Shown here in pieces: positions 36,901 to 44,919 of a DNA stretch of 56,110 nt (position 1 is the first letter of the stretch; each line of letters starts with the position of its first letter). The notes under the pieces are model-generated. The model had not been told where the DNA came from. It saw nothing but the letters and a program-made list of their open reading frames with translations, and did no database searches. Both the position numbers and the translations under genes were made by a program. This DNA is from Bdellovibrionales bacterium (GTDB lineage: Bacteria; Bdellovibrionota; Bdellovibrionia; Bdellovibrionales; UBA1609). The stretch covers positions 1-56,110 of the forward strand of contig JALZUS010000055.1 of the NCBI GenBank assembly GCA_023299885.1, in the 5' to 3' direction.

Positions 36901-37856
36901 AACTCTACATCCTTTAATACATGGGGCTTTTCTATTTTATTAATATCTGAAATATATGTGCTGTAATTAACATTATAACCACAACTTAACTCTTTTTGAA
37001 CTCTCCGCCTTAAGGCATAAGGCACAGCTGTTAACGACTGAGCTGGTAAAAAATCTAAATCACAATTAGCAAAAGTCACCATATCAAAAGCTCTAGGTTT
37101 AAAAACTTCTAAAACATTACTCACTACAGTTTTATACATTTGGTCACATGTAATGTTTGTTTCAAAACTGACATAGCAGCCTAGCTCTTGCGGAGTGACG
37201 TGTATGGTGAAGTACTTATCTTTTTTTATGGCATTAAGAGAGTAACCGTAGGGCTCAAAAACGAAGTCATCTATTTGAAAACCTGATAAAATGTTTTCAA
37301 TACCTGATTGCTTACGCAACTCTTCTGACTTCAAACCCCGCTTCTGAAATAATTTAATTTTTTCAGGAGCTAAGTCATACATCAGTAACTCTAAAGTCAT
37401 ATCATTTTCATCACTCCTGTAGCATGTGTCTAGGTGATATAGATAAAGATGGTGCTCATCTGCAGGACCAAACCTTAAAGCTGGCCCCTCAAGCTTAAGT
37501 GCTTTTAACTTTTTTACGTCATCATAAAAATGGCTTGATTGCTCGCGAGGAAAATATTCGTTTTTTCTTTCAAAAATTAAAAACTCAATATCTTCTTTTT
37601 TAAATTTCTCCATTAAAAAATTAAGCGCATTAATAAGAGATGTTTGACCGCAAGTAATCATAGTTAAGCGGTCTTTCCACACAAAAAGGCTTGATTCAGA
37701 CAATAAATAAGCTTTGCAATAATCGTTAGATATTTCAGATAAAATTTGCGCCTCAGATTTAGAAACTAACTCAGACCAATACTCTTTAGGCCATGAGAGT
37801 AAGTCGACACCCTTAACTTGGATTTCAAATTTTTTTTCGCTGCCTTCAAAAAACAT
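36897..37856 (-). CDS. S-adenosylmethionine decarboxylase proenzyme, eukaryote-like class 2 form
   Basis: MFFEGSEKKFEI compares with eukaryotic FFEGTEKLLEV. The autoprocessing site YLLSESSLFVWKDRLTMITCGQT compares with [23 protein letters not shown]. The 319-aa length is close to the ~334-aa eukaryotic enzymes. Confidence 0.85.
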   Translation of the reverse strand: MFFEGSEKKFEIQVKGVDLLSWPKEYWSELVSKSEAQILSEISNDYCKAYLLSESSLFVWKDRLTMITCGQTSLINALNFLMEKFKKEDIEFLIFERKNEYFPREQSSHFYDDVKKLKALKLEGPALRFGPADEHHLYLYHLDTCYRSDENDMTLELLMYDLAPEKIKLFQKRGLKSEELRKQSGIENILSGFQIDDFVFEPYGYSLNAIKKDKYFTIHVTPQELGCYVSFETNITCDQMYKTVVSNVLEVFKPRAFDMVTFANCDLDFLPAQSLTAVPYALRRRVQKELSCGYNVNYSTYISDINKIEKPHVLKDVEL

Positions 37857-37882
37857 TTCTGTAATGCCTCCAATAATTTTAA

Positions 37883-37931
37883 CGCGCAGTTTCGCAGCTA
37901 AGTGCCTGGTACCTTTTTGCGAAGCTGTGCG
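37883..37931 (+). promoter_or_regulatory. GC-rich 14-bp stem-loop in the divergent AdoMetDC / glycosyltransferase intergenic region
   Basis: CGCGCAGTTTCGCA (37883-37896) pairs with TGCGAAGCTGTGCG (37918-37931) around a 21-nt loop. Two pairs are G-U wobbles on the plus-strand RNA and would be C-A mismatches on the minus-strand RNA. Confidence 0.3.
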
Positions 37932-37989
37932 TTGTATGGTTTTATGCCACCAACTTGCTAAACTAGAGTTTTCTCTTTAAACACCTAAT

Positions 37990-38832
37990 ATGTCCACAAT
38001 ATCTGTAATAATTCCAACCTATAATAGGGCTAAATACCTACCCAGAGCCCTAGAGTCTGTTTTAACCCAGACCCACAAAGATCTAGAGCTTATTATAGTT
38101 GATGATGCGTCTTCAGATAGCACCACTGAGTACCTAAAATCCATTACTGACCCCCGATTCAGCGTCATAAAACATAACAATAACCTTGGAGTAAGTGCCG
38201 CAAGAAACACCGGCATTAAAGCCGCTAAAAATAAATGGATTGCTTTTTTAGACTCAGATGATGAATGGCTTACATATAAACTACAAAAACAGATCGAGCT
38301 TATTAATGCACACCCTCATATAAAAATAATTCATAGTAATGAGCAATGGCTTTTTAAGGGCGTAAAGAAAAACCAGCCTTCTAAATACAAACGCTATGGC
38401 GGCTATGTTTTTGAAAAATGCCTCCCCCTTTGTAGCATTGGCCCCTCTACAAGCTTAGTCCACAAAGAGGTTTTTGATACTGTTGGTTTATTTAATGAGG
38501 CCTTTCCTGTTTGTGAAGATTATGATTTTTGGCTACGCGCCACTTATAAATTTAAAGTGGGCCTAGTTGAAGATATTTTAGTAAATAAGCATGGAGGCCA
38601 TGACGATCAATTATCAGTAACCCACCATGAGCTAGACTATTGGCGGACTCAAGCACTTGTACCTTTTATTTTTGATAAAGAAGCTTTTAGTGGCCTAAGT
38701 AAAGGAATTCAGAAGCAGCTTAAAACTATTATGTTACGCAAATGCGAAAGATTAACGAAAGTTTACAGCCAAATCGAAAATAAAGATAAATCAGATCAAA
38801 TACAGGCCTATTTAAAGCAGTTAAATATTTAA
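37990..38832 (+). CDS. Family 2 glycosyltransferase
   Basis: ISVIIPTYNRAKYL, IVDDASSD and FLDSDDEW (DXD). Confidence 0.85.
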   Translation: MSTISVIIPTYNRAKYLPRALESVLTQTHKDLELIIVDDASSDSTTEYLKSITDPRFSVIKHNNNLGVSAARNTGIKAAKNKWIAFLDSDDEWLTYKLQKQIELINAHPHIKIIHSNEQWLFKGVKKNQPSKYKRYGGYVFEKCLPLCSIGPSTSLVHKEVFDTVGLFNEAFPVCEDYDFWLRATYKFKVGLVEDILVNKHGGHDDQLSVTHHELDYWRTQALVPFIFDKEAFSGLSKGIQKQLKTIMLRKCERLTKVYSQIENKDKSDQIQAYLKQLNI

Positions 38833-38836
38833 CTTT

Positions 38837-40144
38837 TTGTTTAATTTGCTGTTTAATTTTTTGGGCTCTCATTCCGATACATTATATGTGAAAGTTATCG
38901 TAATCATTATAGTTTTTTTATTTAGCTCTGGGCTATATGCTGCTGATACCGAGTATTTTTGTGAAAGTAATTTTAGCGAGCCTGGACTCATTTTTAGCAC
39001 CTCAAATATACTGACTGAAGCTACTGCTCAATGTGCATATCAGCTAAAAGATGAATGCCATGAAAATTTATTTTCACTTTTCAATAGTCTGTCTGCTGAC
39101 TTTAAAGAAAAAAATCCAAATGTAATTGCTAAAGCAGAAAGAGATTATATTAATTGGAAAAGTGGTAGAAAAAATTCATTATCAAAGAGCATAGCCAGTG
39201 ACCTAACAAAGAAAAGAGTCTCTCATTTATTAAACTCTGGGCTTCCCCCTGGAGTTATTAGCCAGGTTTTTACCGCCCTCACTTTATATGGAGAGGCTGG
39301 CAACTTAAACTCCGCAGAACAAGCTGCAGTTTATGAGTCTATAAAAGCTAGAAGCCAAAACATCATTTACAAATGGGTTAACGGTCTATGCATAAAGAAT
39401 TCAAGTGCTTCTACTAAAACCTGCAATAGCTATAAAAACAGATTTAGAGACAAAGATGTAAATCAGCTTGTTGATGATGTTGCTGACATTAAAGATATTA
39501 ATGGGGCCAACATTGGCACTTCGGACAGTTTCAATATGCTAGCCGCCAGCTACCAACCTGCCCAATTTTCATTTTGGAATAACAATAAAAGCTTAGATGA
39601 TAAATCTGTTGCTTTTACTCTAGATGCAAACTCTAAAAAAATAGAAACCGCCAAACTAAGACAAGAGCTATTACAAGCTTTACAGCACCCTACTAGAGAC
39701 TACAAACAATTGCGAGACCCTCATTTTAAAAAGACTAAAGCCCTTAACGAAGCTATACTAAGCCATAAACCTTTTACTATTACTGACTCTGACGGAAATA
39801 AAAAAGAAGTTATACTTACAGAGAGGCATAGAGAAAGCTTAGTCTATCAAAGCTCTGCCACGGCCAACCAATTAAAAACAGAGTCAAAACTTAGAAAAGT
39901 TTTTAATACTGTTGATAGCTTAGCTAACAACAAAGCTTTTATTAAAGTTAATGGTGAACACTCAAAAGAAGACAACCCTGATCTTACACACTACTATAAC
40001 CCAAAACTATTTAAGCCCTATAAAAACAAACCTTCACCACCAACATGGACAAAGGAATGTAAAACTGCAAAAGTAGAATACTGTACAGTTAACAGCGGAT
40101 GTACTACTGCCAATAAACATAGATTTTGCACAGGAGTTAGATAA
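38837..40144 (+). CDS. Secreted Cys-rich SleB/CwlJ-like (Hydrolase_2) cell-wall hydrolase, paralog 1
   Basis: LTLYGEAGNLNSAEQAAVYESIKARS compares with the family motif hYGEARGE...V..NR. QFSFWN, THYYNP and HRFC are also present. A hydrophobic signal segment is seen. The start is uncertain (TTG 38837 or GTG 38888). Confidence 0.6.
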   Translation: MFNLLFNFLGSHSDTLYVKVIVIIIVFLFSSGLYAADTEYFCESNFSEPGLIFSTSNILTEATAQCAYQLKDECHENLFSLFNSLSADFKEKNPNVIAKAERDYINWKSGRKNSLSKSIASDLTKKRVSHLLNSGLPPGVISQVFTALTLYGEAGNLNSAEQAAVYESIKARSQNIIYKWVNGLCIKNSSASTKTCNSYKNRFRDKDVNQLVDDVADIKDINGANIGTSDSFNMLAASYQPAQFSFWNNNKSLDDKSVAFTLDANSKKIETAKLRQELLQALQHPTRDYKQLRDPHFKKTKALNEAILSHKPFTITDSDGNKKEVILTERHRESLVYQSSATANQLKTESKLRKVFNTVDSLANNKAFIKVNGEHSKEDNPDLTHYYNPKLFKPYKNKPSPPTWTKECKTAKVEYCTVNSGCTTANKHRFCTGVR

Positions 40145-40708
40145 ATGAAATTATTAATAGCTACTATTATTTTATTCAGTATTACTGCTACAGCAAAACA
40201 CTCTAGAAAGCCTTCTAGCATAACCCTTAGATTTCAATCTAAAGACTGCCGTTCTGTTGAAGAAATGAATACTTTAAAAAACTCACTAAATGCCTTTAAA
40301 GTTTCTGACTGCACCACTTTGGAACAACAAATTAATAATAAAAGCTATACCTTTTTGATTGTCAGGAGCGTGCAGCAACCCCCTGACAAAGATAAAGCTA
40401 TTGATGCCAGCTGTAGTGTTGCTGATAAGATTTACGCCTACACAGAAAAAGGCTACAGATATATTAAAACCGCTGAAATTAAAGAAAAAGTTTCTTGTGA
40501 GTTTATCCCTGAAAAATTAAGCTCTAAAGAAAGCCCTATTAAGCTTATAAAAAAAGCTGAGAAAACTTATCTTGTTTTAGACTGGGAAAATGATAGTCAC
40601 TACACTCATTATGTTTTTGATAGCTCAAAAAAACGACTATTTAGGTACCTAGGAGCTATATCAAAAACAGAGCTTTATCTTGATCTAGGTCGCGAGCTCA
40701 ACTTTTAG
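40145..40708 (+). CDS. Small secreted 4-Cys protein, partner of hydrolase paralog 1
   Basis: The signal peptide is followed by the SRKPSS motif. The ATG immediately follows the hydrolase stop. It is paralogous to 42144-42713 in length, SRKP(S/T)S motif and four spaced Cys. Confidence 0.6.
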   Translation: MKLLIATIILFSITATAKHSRKPSSITLRFQSKDCRSVEEMNTLKNSLNAFKVSDCTTLEQQINNKSYTFLIVRSVQQPPDKDKAIDASCSVADKIYAYTEKGYRYIKTAEIKEKVSCEFIPEKLSSKESPIKLIKKAEKTYLVLDWENDSHYTHYVFDSSKKRLFRYLGAISKTELYLDLGRELNF

Positions 40709-40732
40709 CTCAAATCACCCGATAAAGTTAAT

Positions 40733-42142
40733 ATGAAACACCTAGTATTTATTCTGGTTCTTTTTGCCCAATTGCAGACCTTTGCTCATTTTTCAAAAAA
40801 TGGTAAGAGGCTAGGATGGCATTCACATACTGATAAGGTGGATAAAACTACAGTTGTAGATAGTAAGGGGCAAAGTGATTGCAAAACAACTACTGACAGC
40901 AACTTTAAAGATATCACCTGCAGCAGTCTTCCCTTTGAAGGCGAAATTAAAACTCAATGCCACGGCATAAAAATAGATCAATTCCTTTGTATTAATAAAT
41001 ACAATTGTCATTTTCCTGGAGCTGGCCTAAGCAATTCGATTCATATAACAAAGGGCAACCCTCTTCAGTGCTATCACCAATGTTTTGATAGCAAAACAAA
41101 ACGTGCTGAATATGATTACGAAAATAAAAAAATTAGTTATTTTGAGCTGACTCATTTAAAATACAAAGAAGGTAAAGTAGATTTCATAGAGCTCTATGAT
41201 GCTATCAATAATGACTTTCAAGATAAGCATAAAAAGCTTATCGAAGAGATTTCATCTTTACCTAGCAGAAATCCTTCTGGAGCTAAAATCAATGAACTTC
41301 AAGTTGAAAAATTTGCCCATTTATTTGCATTAAACCTTGAACCTGAAGTTGTTGATAAAATAGTTGCTGGATACACACTGGTAGGAGAAGCTGGCGAAGA
41401 GAACGCCCAAGAACAAGCAGCTGTTTATGCTGTCATAAAAAATAGAGCTGCTCCACTGCCTGGTTACAGTATTAATACTTCCGACGGGCCAATATGTAAG
41501 TCTCACCCTACAAAATGGCATAAACTTGAAGCCGAAAAAAGCAATACACAACTAGTACCAAACAGTTGCGACAAAAAGCATAAGGCCTATAGAGATATCA
41601 AACATGATACTAGAGACATAGATACCTTTGAGAGAATTACCAGTATTGGTAATGAAGCCGAAAACAAAGCTCTTAATAATATTTTAACAAGTATAGAAGA
41701 CAGGAATGCTTTATTTTACAAAGAAGAATCGCAAAAAGATACTTCATACAATATAGCTTTTGCAGCCTTAAAAACAAGGCAGTTCTCTTTTTGGAACTAT
41801 GACAACTTTAAAAATGGAAAACGAGTTAAAGATAGCACTGATGGAAAAAACATAAAGCGTGCTTTGTTTAGCGGCGCTGGAACTTCTCATACAAAGCGAC
41901 GAGCGCGTGAAAAAATAAAGAAAGCATTTGAAGTTATAGATAACGTGGAAAATGGTTCTATATCAGTTACGTTTAATGGCAAGCCTTACCAACAATATAG
42001 CTCTGTAACACATTATGCTACACCCGAGACTGAAAAATCATGGACCAATAGAAAAGTTAACGCAAAAGCATGTGCGCCAGAAAATGGAAAAAAGGTTTGC
42101 AGAACAATAAAAGAACATACGTTCTATAAACTAAGGATATAA
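40733..42142 (+). CDS. Secreted Cys-rich SleB/CwlJ-like (Hydrolase_2) cell-wall hydrolase, paralog 2
   Basis: Signal peptide present. YTLVGEAGEENAQEQAAVYAVIKNRA, RQFSFWN, THYATPE and HTFY match the same motif set as paralog 1. Confidence 0.65.
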   Translation: MKHLVFILVLFAQLQTFAHFSKNGKRLGWHSHTDKVDKTTVVDSKGQSDCKTTTDSNFKDITCSSLPFEGEIKTQCHGIKIDQFLCINKYNCHFPGAGLSNSIHITKGNPLQCYHQCFDSKTKRAEYDYENKKISYFELTHLKYKEGKVDFIELYDAINNDFQDKHKKLIEEISSLPSRNPSGAKINELQVEKFAHLFALNLEPEVVDKIVAGYTLVGEAGEENAQEQAAVYAVIKNRAAPLPGYSINTSDGPICKSHPTKWHKLEAEKSNTQLVPNSCDKKHKAYRDIKHDTRDIDTFERITSIGNEAENKALNNILTSIEDRNALFYKEESQKDTSYNIAFAALKTRQFSFWNYDNFKNGKRVKDSTDGKNIKRALFSGAGTSHTKRRAREKIKKAFEVIDNVENGSISVTFNGKPYQQYSSVTHYATPETEKSWTNRKVNAKACAPENGKKVCRTIKEHTFYKLRI

Positions 42143-42143
42143 T

Positions 42144-42713
42144 ATGAAAAGTTTGTATTTTGTAATTTTAATTTCGCTTATCTCTTTTAACTTAAAAGCT
42201 AGTGAATCGAGAAAACCTACAAGTTTAAATCCATCTGAGTGCGCTATAGTTAATAATAAAACAACTAATGCTGTAATCATAAATAGTACAAAGACTACTA
42301 TCAGTGGTAACCTCACTCCCATTACAAAAAGAATTTTAGGTTGTGAGCAAATAGACCCTAACATATCTTATAACTTTGAATTTTATAAAATAAAAATAAT
42401 AGCTGAGCCACAGGAAAACTCAGGAACAACTTTATGTAGTATCGAAGAGAGAGTTTACAGTAAAAAGAAAAATAGCAATATTTTGACATATCAGCTCTCA
42501 AGTGAAGTCGAAAGAAATATTCCTTGTGACACACTAAAAACTTACAGCGACGCTAACTCATTTATTTATCATACAGTCAGTAATAAAAAGCATTTTATTA
42601 CTGTTGATTCTGACAAATCTGACCCCTATGTTGTCTATTATGAGTTAGTTAACGACATACTAAAAAATAAACAGTTAAAATATAAAGGCTCAATAAAAAG
42701 AACTGAGCTCTAA
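42144..42713 (+). CDS. Small secreted 4-Cys protein, partner of hydrolase paralog 2
   Basis: The signal peptide is followed by SRKPTS. The ATG lies 1 nt after the hydrolase stop. The length is 189 aa against 187 aa for 40145-40708. Confidence 0.6.
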   Translation: MKSLYFVILISLISFNLKASESRKPTSLNPSECAIVNNKTTNAVIINSTKTTISGNLTPITKRILGCEQIDPNISYNFEFYKIKIIAEPQENSGTTLCSIEERVYSKKKNSNILTYQLSSEVERNIPCDTLKTYSDANSFIYHTVSNKKHFITVDSDKSDPYVVYYELVNDILKNKQLKYKGSIKRTEL

Positions 42714-43429
42714 AAAAGCTCCCCAACAGCAGCTAACTTATTTTTAAATGCCTCTATCTCCCCTACATCGACCCAAGCTTTAACTATGACTCGAGGCCTA
42801 TTAGCCCGGTAACCAAGCTTTACACTGGTACCCTCAAACAAAGCCTCTACTTTTTCTGCCACTTCTGACTCTGGAATTCCTGTAAACTCCCATTTGTATA
42901 ACTTTGTCTTCTGCGCTACTTCAGGCAACTGTTTAACAACCCCATTCTCCCATACCGACTCTACTTCTTTTGGTGGCCCTGGAAGTGCAAAAAGCTTAGA
43001 GCTTATTCCTTCAATCATAAAGCCTTTGGCAGTGCCCTTAAAGTTATCTAACTGAGTAGAGCCTTTTGGGAAATAACATTGCTGCTTATGAGCTTCTTTA
43101 ATTTCCACGCCCTTATCTGCTAATAATTTTGCAAGCCTATCGTGCTCTTTAACACTAAACACTAAAGTCGAGCTGTAATATTTAGCTAAAATTTCTCTGG
43201 TAAAATCATCTGTAGTTGGACCCAAACCGCCTGTCGTAAAAATAAAGTCACAATGCTTTTCGGCCCAATCAAAGGCCTCAAACATTAAGCTCTCTTCATC
43301 CGGTACCGTTAAATGCATTAAAACTTCTATATTTTTTTCTTCAAGTTTTTGAGCTAACCACCTAGAATTAGTATTGTTTATTTCACCCGATGTCACTTCT
43401 GTGCCGATGGCAATAACTGCTGCTTTCAT
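42710..43429 (-). CDS. CinA-like MoCF-biosynthesis (molybdopterin-binding) domain protein, without the PncC deamidase domain
   Basis: MKAAVIAIGTEVTSGEINNTNS and FTTGGLGPTTDDFT. Confidence 0.8.
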   Translation of the reverse strand: MKAAVIAIGTEVTSGEINNTNSRWLAQKLEEKNIEVLMHLTVPDEESLMFEAFDWAEKHCDFIFTTGGLGPTTDDFTREILAKYYSSTLVFSVKEHDRLAKLLADKGVEIKEAHKQQCYFPKGSTQLDNFKGTAKGFMIEGISSKLFALPGPPKEVESVWENGVVKQLPEVAQKTKLYKWEFTGIPESEVAEKVEALFEGTSVKLGYRANRPRVIVKAWVDVGEIEAFKNKLAAVGELF

Positions 43430-43492
43430 AGTTTAAGAGTGCCAGCTAGACCTAATCCTATCAAGGCTTGGAGTTTATTTTTTGCTTAACTA

Positions 43493-44905
43493 ATGCCATT
43501 AGGTCTAGCGCCTCTTTTAGGATATAGTGTTTTTATGGCAGATAATAAAAAACCAAAAAAAAAGCTTAAAAGCATAAAATCAAATCTATTTTCAAGGTCT
43601 ATGGCCGTCTCTAAATGGTCACTTAAAGCTGGTGCTATGGCCACCGGAAAAGCCGTTAGTAAGCTTACATCAAAAGATGGAGAGGCATTAGATAAAGACC
43701 ATCTTATTAAACAGATAGGCTTAATGACCAACGAGCTAGGCCAACTTAAAGGCAGCCTCATGAAGGCCGGGCAAATGTTTTCTACTTACGGAGAGCACCT
43801 TTTGCCAGCCGAAGCTAATGAACTATTAAAAACTCTACAAAAAGACTCTCCACCTGTCGACTGGACTGTTTTAAGGAAAGTGCTTCTTAAAGAATTTGGC
43901 AGTGAAATATTTGACAAATTGGATATAGAAGAAGAAGCCACTGCCGCAGCATCACTGGGCCAGGTTCATAAAGCTGTTGTCAAAAAAACTGGTGAAGTTA
44001 TAGCTTTAAAAATTCAGTACCCTGGTGTCGATAAATCTGTCGATAGCGACCTAGCTGTACTTAAAAAAGTTTTAGGCTTTTTAAGCTTAGTACCTTCAAA
44101 AGCCTCTTTTGAGTCTACTTTTGAAGAAGTTAGGCAAATGCTTTATCAAGAGGTTGATTACACTAATGAAGCTGTTTTTTTAGATAAAATAGCAAAGTAT
44201 TTAAAAGACGACCCGAGGTTTGTAGTCCCTAAATGCTATAAAGAGTTTTCAGGACAAAAGGTTTTAGCCACAAGCTTTGAGCCTGGAGTAGCTGTAGATT
44301 CTAAAAAAGTTAAAAACCTGTCTCAAGAAAGACGCAATAACTTAGGCTTAGCTTACTTAGAGCTCTACCTACGCGAACTTAATGATTTTAAAATGATGCA
44401 GACAGACCCTCACCTCGGCAACTACAGTGTACGCATTGATAAAGATGGTAACGACCAGCTTATACTTTTTGATTACGGAGCTGTAAGATTTGTACCCGAT
44501 AAGTTTCACAAAAAATACAAACCCATGGTGGCTGGATCTCTGTTACAAGACAAAGACATGGTTCGTAAAGGCGCTTTATCTCTAGGTATTTTACTTGATG
44601 ATGACGACTCTGATTTAGTCGATAAATTTATAGACCTTTGCTTTATGTTTACCGAGCCTTTCAGTAAGCCCGAGTGGGAAATGACGGACCTTATGGATAA
44701 AAAGGGCGCCTATAATTGGGGTGAAAGTGACCTACCTACCCGCGTTCTAGATCAAGCCAAAGGAGTTATTACTAAATTTAGGCTGCGTACTCCGCCAAAA
44801 GAGTTACTGTTTTTAGACCGTAAGCTTGGAGGCACATTTACCTTTTTAAGTGTGCTTGGCTGCAATGTAAACACTAGGCCATTATTAGAAAAGTGGACTC
44901 TGTAA
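43493..44905 (+). CDS. ABC1/UbiB-family atypical protein kinase
   Basis: AASLGQVHKA, ALKIQYPGV, MQTDPHLGNY and LILFDYGAV. ATG 43535 is an alternative start. Confidence 0.85.
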   Translation: MPLGLAPLLGYSVFMADNKKPKKKLKSIKSNLFSRSMAVSKWSLKAGAMATGKAVSKLTSKDGEALDKDHLIKQIGLMTNELGQLKGSLMKAGQMFSTYGEHLLPAEANELLKTLQKDSPPVDWTVLRKVLLKEFGSEIFDKLDIEEEATAAASLGQVHKAVVKKTGEVIALKIQYPGVDKSVDSDLAVLKKVLGFLSLVPSKASFESTFEEVRQMLYQEVDYTNEAVFLDKIAKYLKDDPRFVVPKCYKEFSGQKVLATSFEPGVAVDSKKVKNLSQERRNNLGLAYLELYLRELNDFKMMQTDPHLGNYSVRIDKDGNDQLILFDYGAVRFVPDKFHKKYKPMVAGSLLQDKDMVRKGALSLGILLDDDDSDLVDKFIDLCFMFTEPFSKPEWEMTDLMDKKGAYNWGESDLPTRVLDQAKGVITKFRLRTPPKELLFLDRKLGGTFTFLSVLGCNVNTRPLLEKWTL

Positions 44906-44919
44906 AACAGTCTATTTTT

